A stretch of 58,590 nucleotides of DNA, the filler included, from Streblomastix strix (lineage: Eukaryota), in NCBI GenBank assembly GCA_008636045.1. It is 3 parts of 3 records of this genome, joined end to end, with 100 filler letters (N's around TTAATTAATTAA, not from the genome) between each part and the next. Parts side by side here need not be neighbours in the genome. Positions count along the whole stretch, not along the records: positions 1 to 19,476 come from SNRW01000511.1; positions 19,577 to 39,034 come from SNRW01000512.1; 1 more part is not named here. The stretch is one strand, 5' to 3'. The notes beneath the pieces are model-generated. The model did no database searches. It saw only the letters and a program-made list of their open reading frames with translations, and was not told where the DNA came from. Positions 12,654 to 25,100 of the stretch are shown in pieces; within the stretch, counting starts at the first letter, position 1, and the number at the start of each line of letters is the position of its first letter. The translations under genes were made by a program, and so were the position numbers.

Positions 12654-13673
12654 ATGACACTACAAGATTTATAAGATATAACATTTACGAATCAAGATCT
12701 ATTGAACGAATATAAATCTAAGCCGTTAACGAAGAATTCACGGTTCCATATTAATGGAAATCATTATATTGTGGGAGCTGTTGGAAGTGGTAAATCAACA
12801 TTAGTGTATAAATTAATTGTGATATATAAAAAAATCATCAATCCATTCATATTATACTTCTCGAATTATGGTGCAGATGAAACTATGCTATTAAACCTAA
12901 ATCGTAAGAACATTTAATTAACGAATGTGACTTATGGAGAAGCGATGATATTTTTACCAGAATTTGATGAGATAAAATATTCAACTAAGGAGATATATAC
13001 ATGGTACAAAATGAATCAATAAAAATAATCAAACACTAGATATTTCATTAAGCGAATGGAAGATTAGATATTATAAAATAATGAGATAAAAAAGAATGAA
13101 AAACTTAACGATTATCTTAATAGAATTGCTGAACTATTTAAATAAAAAGTAATTGAAACCATTAACTCTTATAGCTAACCAACCAAGATATTGAGATTTG
13201 ATATACCTGCATTAATTCAAAACGTTAGTTACCTTAAGAAATACAAAATTGCCGATGATGCATAAAATGAAGACATTAAAATAATGACAATACCATTACT
13301 AGAAAAAGCATAATTACTAAACACTTTAATGTTATTTGATGATATTGGATCTAATGCAGATATCTAACGATTTAGTTCATAATTATCCAAAACAATTACC
13401 AATCTCGTTAGTGATTCATGTCATTCAAAAAATACTATTTTCTTTATAGCTTAACGTCCAACTTATTTGTTTAAGACAGCTAGGATTTTAACCAATGTGA
13501 TTTGTTTAGGAGTGAATTTAGGTGAGACTGATCTAAGATAAGTGTACGATGAAAGTACCACATAGAATTTAGATTTTGATGAGTTTCAATTACTATGCTA
13601 TACATTAAAGAAATATTAGTTCATTATTCTGAACAAATGGCTAGGAAAATTTGAGATTCTCAAAACTAAATGA
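12654..13673 (+). CDS. A32/FtsK-HerA-type DNA packaging ATPase (339 aa, frame intact)
   Basis: Walker A YIVGAVGSGKST, Walker B LMLFDD, then SDSCH (the expected arginine of the RH motif reads C; copy 2 has SDSRY) and the sensor strand IFFIAQ. Confidence 0.9.
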
Positions 13674-13676
13674 TTA

Positions 13677-16600
13677 TTAATTATCTTAAAATGAATAATC
13701 TTTATAACAAAGGCCGAAAATAAACGGGCAACATGATTGATTCTCCAGCACAAGCATTTTCGTATGGATTCCAGTGATTCCATTCTTTTCGATAGATAAT
13801 TAGCTCATCTAATGATTCTTCTATCCCAATCTCATGTTTGTGCATTTCGTTATTTTTCCTTCATTAATGCAATCGACTATCTAAACTTTAGTTTTCTTAT
13901 TAGTTTTCTACTTAACTACTTTTAAATTTATTTTTGAATTTCCATTTTAATTGGTTTCAATCATGTAATTTTTAGGAGCTAATGCAGTTATTGATATTCC
14001 TTATCTTTCGATCGATAATCCCAATATCTTCTTCTCATCATGAATATCACCCCTAATGCTTGGAAAGTAATATTTAGCATTATCGTTATAAAATTCACGA
14101 TCATTAATTACAGCATTAAATTACTAAGTAAAATCTTCATTAACATTATTACTAATTGCCCAATAAGCTGAATCAGTATCTCCTTCAATAAAGTGTATGC
14201 GATTCATATCTAGGCATTTATACATGAAATTATATATGAAATTTAGATACCAATACTTAGCGTTATCTATTACAAAGAAAGCTACTTATAGAGGTGTTTT
14301 ACAGCTACAGTGCTCAGGATTCATTTATATACGATAACTATCTTGTGATATCATTTACTCATCCATGAATGCGTTAGATCTAATTGCTCTTTCTGTCTAC
14401 TTTTTATTCATTATTTTTACTTTATGAAATTTCTCAGTGTACATACCATCACTACCATATGAACTATTCATAACTATCTTGAAAAATTATTCTTATTCTT
14501 TATTTTCATCTAATTTTGCTTCAATTCTGTTTTTAGTAAATTTCTTAATGAATGAATTGAATTAATCATGTTTATTGAATAACACTATCTATTTTACGTC
14601 ATCTATAATAAAATGACAATCATCAATTAAGAACCATAGGTAACATGAGCTAAATGCCATGAATTCTCCCATTGTTGAGGTAAGATTAGTTAGTTTCCTT
14701 TATTTTTGATCTGTCTTAACATTATTGTTTTTCATATAATTATACATATAACTACCGATAGTTATCTCATCTGTTGTGAAATCATAACTCATTAGGATTG
14801 GTGAGAAATTAATGTAATCGTTAACATAATTCTAATCATTGTGGCCTTTAACTTCTGCTATGAATAATTAGCCATCAGCTGTAAATCTTTTTTTTACTAT
14901 TAATTATTCATAATATTGTTTATTTTGAATGATCATTGTCTTCCTTAATCTTACCTGTTTATGATCCACACATATACATCTTACCACTGGTATATTTTAT
15001 ATATTAATGTGATTCTGATGGCATAACACTAGGATATAATGAATTGAAATCAACACCAACTACATGAGTAATTCTATGATCAGTTGTTAGAACAGTAACT
15101 TTCTTATTATCCTTATCATTACCATAATCGTTTTATGAAATCAATTACTGATTTATTAATTCGATGCATTTCATTCGATAGTCCACCTGTTATGCTGAAT
15201 CTGACTAAATGATATACATCAATATCTGTTAGATTAGTTGGTAAACATCTTATTATACAATATTTAAGTAATTATATGAACAATTTACCTATATTTTTAT
15301 CTTTATCCGAGCAAAAGTAATAACAGTATAAACAACAGGGCTAAACAATATCTATAGAATGGCTCTTTGAATTATCGATTCAGTCTAATGTTGGCTTATT
15401 ATTCTATGTGAATTTACATCCACATATTTTGCAATAAGATTCATTGAATAACCGTTTGAAATATTCATAATCACTATCTTTTACATTATTCTTGATATTT
15501 CTTTTTTTATGTTTATCTTGCTTTAGATATCCTTTCACTTTGCTCTACCAATATTGCTCAGTCAAATGAAATTTTTATGAATTATCGTCAAAATTAGGAT
15601 ATATTTCTTTAATATCAAAATCTTCATAAGCTTAAGCATATTTGATAGCATTAGAGCATGCAGCCATACACATGAAACTAAACATTTCAATCTTATATTT
15701 AAATTATAAGTTAATCAATGTCATTAGTGGTTTAATCATTATATATGTATCTTATTCGTTATAGAATTATAGGTAATCCCATCTATTTTTGAATCGTTTT
15801 GCATCATCTAGATAAATTGAATAATCCTTCTAACTAATTTTAGTTTTCTTTAATGATGAGTTGAAATCTTCCATTGTAAGTAGCTCTGATTTACTAAGTA
15901 TTTCATTAACGTTATCAGTATTGAAATATTCAGAGGGAAATAATCCTTTTTATCGTCATATCTATCTCCGAAATCTTTAGCTGCTTACTTTAATTCCATA
16001 GGTTAAAGATACGTTAGCATATCAACAAATTTCATCTTTAAGTTCAATTTTTTATTATGATGTACAATTACCAACTTAGCAGTTGATGGGCAACCAGTAT
16101 AATTACTAATTGTCCAATCTTTGCATTATATTTATGATTTAATTAATGATATATCAAATCTTGAACTATTGAATCCAATAATTTGCACTTCAATTGAATA
16201 TGGAATTTTATCATCAATTGTTCCCGCCGATGTAAAATATTAATTATCAGCATTAACTTACTCCGCTTCTTTAAACTATTAATTTAACCATTCAACTATG
16301 TAATCAGCTCCATCCTATTAATTGAAGAAGATTCTCTTAATACTTTATTTGTAACGGATAGTTGATGCAACTGATAGGGGAAATAATTAATACATCTAAT
16401 AACTTGATTTACCAAACTTCTTATTAACGATTTTAGGAACAGTTTCAAGATCATATGTGATGAAATATTGTGTTGGTTTATATTCATTTTTTCATCCATT
16501 AGCCAATAGATATTTGTAAGTTTTATTGTACATGATATGTGGACAATATGGTTTTTATACATAATCCAGTTTAACTTTGTTAATTACTTTTCCACCATTA

Positions 16601-18268
16601 TTCTCACATTTAATAATGTGTTTCTCTTAATCTCTAGAGTAATTTTTATCTTTAGGATCAAATGCTTTTGAGTTACAATGTGGACAAAATTTCAATCCTG
16701 TTAATGCTTATTTATTAGCTATTGCAAATGCATGAGATATCTTATTTTCTTACCATTCAGATTCAATAACTAATATATCAATTGATTTAGGTTAATCTTC
16801 ATTTAATCTTCATATTAATACATTATCTACAATCCTCTATAATAATTCTTATGTTCATTGTCGTAATAGTAAATGTCTTGGTTAATTTTTAATTTTTATG
16901 ATACAATTTACGCATATTTAGTTATATTTAATCCATCAAATACCTTCAATAAATCAGTCATTTTTCTACTCTTTGAATCGAATGGTAGCTCTAATACTTA
17001 AACTAATAGTTGCTTGCTAATTCTCGTAATTTCATAAGGGAAATAACGTTACTCTTTGGTGTCTGGTTTTAATGCTTTTGCTACAGCTTCCATAAAACAA
17101 TTGTTATTATTTCCAGTATTTTTATATATAACATTTTTACGACCTTTGCAATGAAAATCGATTAATTCTTTCATACTAGCTCCAACGACTTACGGTTAAA
17201 GATTATGTGTTTTGATTAGAATGGAATAGATATTTATATATCGTTATCTTATACTATCTAATATAAAATTCTACATATTAATTATCTCAGCTTTAATGTA
17301 TTGTTAATACTCTTCATTATCGTCTTAATTTTATATAACTTTAGGAGAATGTTCTTATATACGTGTATCTCTAGGTAAAATATATCCATAGTCAACTCAC
17401 ACTTAATCATTCTAATCAAGCCTATATTCTTCATAAATGACTCCAAAATTGAATTGTATCTTGAATGCTTAAAGGTGTTATGCTTCATAAATTTCATTAT
17501 CGAACATCTTTATATCGGATAATGATTAGATAACATTATTATAATGTAATTGACTTAATTATCCATCTTCCTATCTTTAGTTAATTAATCGTTCACGATT
17601 GAAGCCTGCTCTTGCGCTATCAACTGTATCAATGAATTATTTCATATTCTCTGGTCTAAAAACAATATAACGCCTGCATCATTATCTATTTAATTAACGT
17701 TTTTTCAATCATACTGATTAATTTTATCTTTAATCTCTTTATTTTATTGCGCAATTATTTGGTACTATAGATTCGCTTCTTATTCTTATTCTAATATTCT
17801 TCTAGCTTATTCCTATTCTTCTATGATATAATTAGTCCAGAAATCATTAGCTTATTATTATTTTTATTATTAACGATATACCTATTAATCTTATGCATAT
17901 TAATTTGAATAATAATGTGTTAAATCTTAATGTAATTGTCGATTCTATTCTTATATTTCATCATAGAAGATATCAGCTTATTGTTGCCATTATTCTCTAC
18001 GATATTCTTATAAATCTTAATCGTATTGATTTTATTTGAAATGACTAATCGTATCTCTTGCTTATACGACTTACATATTATATTAATGTATTTGTTTTAG
18101 ATGGGCTTTTAATTCATAGTAGTTACTTCTTCCTGATTTCTTTTAATCGACTTTGTTTAAATAATCATTCAGTTATTGTTTATTTTAATCTATTTTTAAT
18201 GTTTCATTAACGTTTTTGTTGTTGATTTTGAGCAATTTAACGATCTCCGCTTTCTTTAGATAAACCAT
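13677..18268 (-). pseudogene. Protein-primed family B DNA polymerase polyprotein (N-terminal region, OTU-like, Zn finger, exonuclease, HNH/EndoVII-like, polymerase), disrupted
   Basis: Exonuclease motifs ITYDLET and IGFNSSRFD. Polymerase motifs ITGGLS, GVDFNSLYPS, KIVMNSSYG, FIEGDTDS and ALAPKNY. Several frameshifts and in-frame TGA. The end was placed by homology to the copy-2 stop (TAA here). Confidence 0.92.
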
Positions 18269-18302
18269 TCTTTTTAAAATAAAAATTATTATTTTAGACT
18301 TC

Positions 18303-19476
18303 TCATTTAAATTGTATCTCGAGAAGTAAATGATTATACATATCCATATATTACATCGATATCATACTTCCAAAGTTATCATATAATGTAAACACTATCG
18401 TTTTGTTGTATCCTACAAGGCATTATTGACTCATCATATTCTATCCCCATAGTACCGGTGCATCAATCAAATTCTATTTGAAACATACGTTAGAGAATCC
18501 ATTACCTCCTGTTGATTGTAACGTTATTCCTTATATTTAGTTTGATACACAAATTATTAGCATTTATGGATATTCTAGAAAATTCCCTATATATGAACAG
18601 AAAATTGGTAAATCAAATTCATAACTTTTATTTTCATGTTTCGTTTAATAGAACCATACTTCTAGATCGATTTACTTAATTGCTGATGCTAAATCAATAA
18701 ATTAATTAGCGCTATTTTCATTCAATCCATCATATAGATCTTATCCACCAACTAATTGAACATATAGATTTGGTGACACTATTATACGATTAGCGAACCA
18801 ATAAGTGTTATTTTATTAACAGTAATCAGTCACAACTTATGGGATAAATTAGCCATAGTAATTAGTTCTTCCAACTGCTGTATAAATATCTTACCATTCA
18901 CCTATAGAAAATGTAGGTAATGAATTGATAATTCTAACTGTAAATGTGTTAATATTATTAATGATTTATTAAATTGTTTATTGTTATACATTAATTGGTT
19001 AAGCATCAGATGTAGTAAATGTTCCATTAGCATTTAAATCAACTTACTTACCAAATAGATATCTTATTGATTGGCCATTACTTTATGTAAAAGATTTTGG
19101 CTCAATTGATGTAATGTAATTATTTGATGTTGGGCAATATAATCGTATTAATCCAATCATTCGATATAACTCATTAACTGTGGAATCTAAGATCCGGTAG
19201 TGATAAAGAATTGCATCGATCCTAAGATTAATGTAATTGATTGCTGAATTCATTAAGTCTTATCCATAATTCTAATTTAATGAGAATAGATTATTCCAAA
19301 GATTTTGTACATGTTCATTCGTTGAATTATTGAAGCAAATTGCGCTGCTATTCAAAGTTGATTATGCTCTAAAATATTTCTCTGTTGTATCTGTAAAATT
19401 ATGATATAAAGTCAGAGTTATGAATAGCAGTAATGGAGTATATTTATAGCCCCGAATTGTTTGATTACTACTATAA
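18303..19476 (-). CDS. Probable minor capsid (penton) protein, 5' part off contig
   Basis: The C-terminus IVFTLYDNFGSMISMQYMDMYNHLLLEIQFK-TGA resembles the hxFxLxDxxGxxh...hxhxF end of polinton/virophage pentons. Homologous to 26965-28799. Confidence 0.55.
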
Positions 19477-19576
19477 NNNNNNNNNNNNNNNNNNNNNNNN
19501 NNNNNNNNNNNNNNNNNNNNTTAATTAATTAANNNNNNNNNNNNNNNNNNNNNNNNNNNNNNNNNNNNNNNNNNNN
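19477..19576. other. Artificial contig spacer
   Basis: 44 N + TTAATTAATTAA + 44 N. Confidence 0.97.
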
Positions 19577-19753
19577 ATATTTAATGTAAATTATTAATTA
19601 AAATAATTGTAGATATTTCAAATAAAATTCTTTAATTTTATTTTATCTGGTTTATAACTAAAATTGTCGATTACCTCGTTAATTGATTTATTTTTATTAC
19701 TCATTTTATATTTGTGTAAATTATTTTAATACTAAATGAATAAATATTAATAT

Positions 19754-19830
19754 TGTCCGTAGTGGCTCAGTGTGTCTGGTCCCCCCACTGCTCCAGTCGA
19801 GTGTCTAGGTTCGACAACCCCGCTCACGTA
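19754..19830 (+). ncRNA. Degenerate tRNA-derived Pol III unit / SINE-like head
   Basis: TGTCCGTAG, A-box-like TGGCTCAGTGT and B-box-like GGTTCGA(CA)ACCCC in a GC-rich patch. The 5' end resembles 4257-4275. Confidence 0.4.
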
Positions 19831-20583
19831 CTTTCGTTCGGAAAAAAATAACAGTTCATTTTAATTTTTTCTTTGAGCGGAGGAACAATTGTTCTTGAAA
19901 AAAATTAAAAGAACATAACCAAGTCCGCCATGCATACAAAAAAAAAAGAAGGTGCTGGGTGCTGCAAGCCAAAATTTGCTTGCGAGGCTTTTTATTGCTT
20001 TTTTTTTAAAAATTGGGTAAAAAATTCGTGTGTATAATATTATATATCAAAAATGCAAATTATATTTAATTACATTATTATAAATTAAATTTATTTAAAT
20101 TCAAAACTTTTTTAAACCAGTTCGTCCCAACAGAAAAATTAATTTTTTACACATTATTTTTTTTTTATTTACGCCTGCTTGCAGCTTTAAAATTATTTAA
20201 TTTTATTAATTTGGCATATATTATTTATTTACCATATTATGAAACACAAACATATACATTTATAAGCAACCTTAACTTTTTTTTTATTTTTTTATTTTTT
20301 TAATTATAATATTTACAGGCCCAGTAATGTAATTGTAGTATTATATGCGGAATCTCGCACTGACTTATAATACATTTGATTTTTTATAATCTCATAAATA
20401 AAATAAGGATAGAATAAATCAATTTAGGGATGTGAAAGCATACCGAATTCGTTATTTATGAATGAACTTATTTTATTTATAGGGGATTATTAAGATAAAT
20501 CAAATATATTTTGGGTTGTGGCGAAGTTCGACACTATATACTACTATGATTTATTATTTTAATTTATATATTCAGATTATTTT

Positions 20584-20982
20584 TCAAAAAAATTATTTAT
20601 TAGGATTATTTAACATTTTAAGATACAAGATATATCTCTAATGAGTTGCCAATTCCAAATCATTATTAGATATTGTTTCGTTCAGAAATGTTTCGATTTA
20701 TTCTACAGATGGCGGTGACCAGTGGATTCTAGGTTAATTCTTAGTATCTTCGTTACCAGAGACTTTGTCTTTATACATTTTTCTTTTGTAAAAGAGTTGT
20801 ATAATGTAAATCGTTATATTTAATGGAACCAATACTGTATCAAAATAACACCATTTTATTTTTACTACATTAACAGTATCCATGAATTTATCAGGAATTG
20901 ATACTGATATAATTGATGTTATAAAATTAACAACATAGAACATGTTATTCATTATACCCATGATTATCGATATAATACTCAT
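20584..20982 (-). CDS. Conserved small hydrophobic element protein (132 aa) with a 10-codon hairpin insertion
   Basis: MSIISIIMGIMNNMFYVVNFITSIISVSIP...KMYKDKVSGNEDTKNQPRIHWSPPSVEQIETFLNE. Homologous to 12271-12639. Confidence 0.75.
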
Positions 20983-20998
20983 CTTAATATTTTTGAAA

Positions 20999-22171
20999 AT
21001 GACTTTATAAGAATTATAAGATATATCATTTACGAATTAAGATCTATTGAACGAATATAAAACTAAGCCATTAATGAAGAATTCATTATTCGTTATTAAC
21101 CGAAATCATTATATTGTGGGAGCTGTTGGAAGTGGTAAAACAACATTAAAGTATAAGCTAATTGTGATCTATAAGAAAATCATTAATTCATAGATATTAT
21201 ACATCTCGAATTACGGTGCGGGTGAAACTATGGCATTAAACATAAATAGTAAGAACATTTAACTAACGAATTTAACTTATGGAGAAGCAATGATATTTCT
21301 ACCTGAATTTGATGAGATAAAATACTCTACTAAAGAGATGTATACATGGTACAAAATGAATGAGTAAAAATAATCTTATACTAGTGATTTCATTAAGCGA
21401 ATGGAAGAACAAATCTTATAAAATAATGAGATAAAATGGAATGAAAAACCTAATTNNNNNNNNNNAGCTCCCACAATATAATGATTTCGGTTAATAACGA
21501 ATAATGAATTCTTCATTAATGGCTTAGTTTTATATTCGTTCAATAGATCTTAATTCGTAAATGATATATCTTATAAAATAATGAGATAAAATGGAATGAA
21601 AAACCTAATTACTATCTTAATCGAATTTCTGAATTATTCAAATAAAAAGTAATCGAAACCATTAATATATATAGCTAACCAACCAAGATGTTGAGATTCG
21701 ATATCTGTGCGCAAATTCAAATTGTTAATTACTAAAAGAAATACAAAATTACAAAGGATGCATAAAATGCAGACATTAAAATAATGAAAATACCTATATT
21801 AAGAAAAGTTTAATTACTCAACACATTAATGCGCTTCGATGATATTGGATCTATTGCAAATATCTAACGGTTTAGTTCATAACTTCCTAAAAATAACGCA
21901 TATTGCTAGTGATTCTCGATATTCAAAAAATACTATTTTCTTTATAGCTTAACGACCAACTAATTTGTTTAAGACAGCTAGGATATTAACCCATGTCATT
22001 TGCTTAGACGTTAATATTGGTGAAACTGATCTAAGATAAGTGTACGATGAAAATACTATATAGAATTTAGATTTTGATGAATTCCAATTACTATACAACA
22101 CATTAAAGAAATATAAGTTTATTATATTAAATAAATTGTTATGGAAATTTGAGATTCTCAAAAAAAATTGA
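20999..22171 (+). pseudogene. A32-type packaging ATPase, copy 2 (interrupted by a gap and inverted duplication; frameshift)
   Basis: YIVGAVGSGKTT, LMRFDD, SDSRY and IFFIAQ. A 10-N gap lies at 21456-21465 and an inverted copy of its own 5' end at 21466-21576. Confidence 0.85.
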
Positions 22172-22184
22172 TAATTATTTTTGA

Positions 22185-25100
22185 TCAATTATCTTAAAAT
22201 TAGTAGTCTTTCGCAGTGAGTCCGAACATATAAGGACAACATGATTGATTCTCTAATACTACCATTTTCGTGTGAATTCCTGTGATTCCGTTTTTCTCAA
22301 TAGCTAATTAGCTCATCTAATGATTCTTCAATCCCAATCTCATATTAGTGCATTTCGTTATCTTACCTTCATTAAAGCAATCGACTATCTGGTCTTAAGT
22401 GATCTTGTTAGTCTTCTAATTAACACCTTTTAATTTTTTTTTTGAAATTGCACAGTAATTAGTTTCGATCATGTAATTTTTAGGAGCAAGAGACACCACT
22501 GAAATTCATTATTGTTCCATTGCAAATCCTAATATCTTCCTCTCATCATATACGTTTCCCTTAATCGTAAGAAAGTAATACTTAGCATTCTCATTATTAA
22601 AATCTCTATTATTAATTACAGCATTAAACTATTAAGTAAAATCTTTATTAGATTTTCCACTAATTGCCTAATAAGCTGAATCAGTATGTCCTTCGATAAA
22701 ATGTATCCTATTCATATCTAAGCTTTTATACATGAAGTTATATATGAAGTTTAGATACCCATATTTAGCATTATCAAATACAAAGAATGCTACTTATAAA
22801 GGAGTTTTACAACTACAGTGCTCTGGATTCATTTATACAATATAACTGTCTTCAAGTATCTTTCGTTCATCAATGAATGCATTAGATCTAATTGCTCTTT
22901 CTGTTTACTTCCTATTCATTATTTTAAATTTATGATATCTCTCTGTATTCATTCCATCACTACCATAAGAACTATTCATAACAATCTTGGAATATTATTC
23001 CTATTCCTTATTCTCATCTAATTTTGCTTCAATTCTGTTTTTAGAAAATTCTTTAATAAGTAAATTGAAATAATCACGTTTATTGAATAGCACTATCTAT
23101 TTCACATCATCTATAATAAAGTGACAATCATCAATTAAGAATCATAAATAGTTTGAGCTAAATGCTATGAATTCTCCCATCGTTGATGATAGATTAGTGA
23201 GCTTTCTTTATTTTTATTCAGTCTTAATCATATTTTTTTTCTTATGATTTTACATATAACTACCGATAATTCTCTCATCAGTTGTGAATTCAAAATTCCT
23301 TAGAATAGGTTGGAAATTAATGAAATCGTTAAGGCATTTCTCTTAAATGTGACCTTTAACTTTTGCAATGAATAATTAACCATCAGCTGTAAATCTTTTT
23401 TTTACTATTAATTATTTGTTATTTTGCTTATTTTAAATGATTAGTAGAGCTCAAACCTTCGGTTTCAGTTTTTACCTCAATCTTATCCGTTTATGATCCA
23501 CACATATTCTTTTTTCCTCCTATGCGTTTAATAAATTTATGTGGCTCTGATGACATTACACTAGGATATAAGGAATTAAAATCAACACCAACTACATGAG
23601 TTATTCGATGATCGGTTGTTAAAATAGATACCTTTTTATTTATTTTGTCATATTAGATTCGTTTAATAAAATCGGTTCTTGATACATTAACTCGATGCAT
23701 TACATTTGATAATCTATCTGTTATCCCCGATCTGATTAAATGATATCATTCAATATTTGTAAGGATAGTTAGCAAACATCTTATCATACAATATCTACGT
23801 AATTATATGAACAATTTACCTATATATTTATTTTTGTTAGAGCAGAAGCAATAGCAATATAAACAACAAGGTTGAACATTATCTTTTGAATGACCTTCTA
23901 AATAAGCATCTCCGTTGCTAGAGGCGTCGCCTTTGTCGATTATGTCTACCAACTTCGTTGGCGGCATTAATACTCATGTTGGTTTATTTGCAAAAGTGAA
24001 TATATATCCACAAATTTTGAAATTAGAATATTTGAATAATTGTTTGAAATAATCGAAATCACTGTCTTTTACATTATTTATTGCGTCTCTTTTTTAATGT
24101 TTATCTTACGATTGATATCCTTTCACTTTACTATACTAATAGTTCTCAGTTAGTTAAAATTGTAATGATTAATCTTCAAAATTAGAATATACTCAATTAA
24201 TATCAAAATCTTCATAGGTTTTAGCATATTTGATAGCATTAGAGCATGGAGCAATACTCATCAAACTAAATATATCAATTTTTTATTTAAATTATAAGCT
24301 AATTAAAGTTATTAATGGTTTGTCCATAATATAAATATCTTATCCATTATAATATTGTAAATAATCCCATCTATTTTTAAATCGTTTTGCATCTTCCAGA
24401 TAAATTTAATAATCCTTCTAACTAATTTTTGTATTCTTTAGTGATGAATTGATATCTTCCTTCGTAAATGGTTCTGATTTACTTAATACTTCATTAACGT
24501 TATCAGTTTTGAAAGATTCATAAGGAAATATGCCTTTTTATCATCATATCCATCACCTAAATCTTTTGCTGCTTACTTTAATTCCATAGTTTAAAGATAC
24601 GTTAACATATCAATAAATTTCACTTATAAATTTAATTTTTTATGATGTACAATTACTTACTTAGATGTTGACTGACTACATGTATAATTACTGATTGTCC
24701 AATCTTCATATTACATATATGATATAATTAGTGACATGTCAATTTTTGAGCTATTAAACCCTAATATTGGTACTTCCATTGAATAAAGAATTGTTTCGTC
24801 AATGGTGCAGCCTACTGATGTATATTTGTTGTCATCATTAACTTACTCAGCTTCTTTAAATAATTAATGTAACCATTATACTATAAAATCATCTCCGTCA
24901 TAATAACTAAAAAATATCTTCTTATTCCCATATTTATTACGAATAGTTGATGCAACTTATAAAGAAAATAGTTCATACATTTAATAGCTTGACTTACTGA
25001 ACTTTTTATCAACGATTTTAGGTATAGTTTCAAGATCGTATGTGATGAAGTATTGTGTAGGTTTAAATTCAAGTAATCTTCCATTTGCTAATAGATATTG

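Larger units (their letters stand above)
4623..19476. mobile_element. Endogenous Polinton/Maverick-like virus, copy 1 (degenerate, truncated by contig end)
   Basis: Dense intronless gene cluster with pPolB, A32-like ATPase, capsid-like, penton-like and fibre genes. Scattered frameshifts and in-frame TGA. The left boundary is approximate. Confidence 0.9.

Noticed and set aside
13430..13679. C-terminal extension of pPolB copy 1 overlapping the ATPase
   Set aside because: It arises only because the TGA seen in copy 2 is TAA here, most likely a decay mutation in a pseudogene.
19477..19576. Palindromic TTAATTAATTAA inside N runs (also 39035-39134)
   Set aside because: Identical 100 bp construct at both sites, giving standard-code stops in all frames. 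It is an artificial contig joiner, and the three similarly sized contigs are not physically linked.
21456..21612. Inverted duplication within ATPase copy 2 as a biological inversion switch
   Set aside because: It abuts a 10-N gap, is an exact reverse copy of ~21015-21125, and rejoins via TTATAA microhomology with a direct repeat of 21415-21455. This is typical of an amplification chimera or misassembly.
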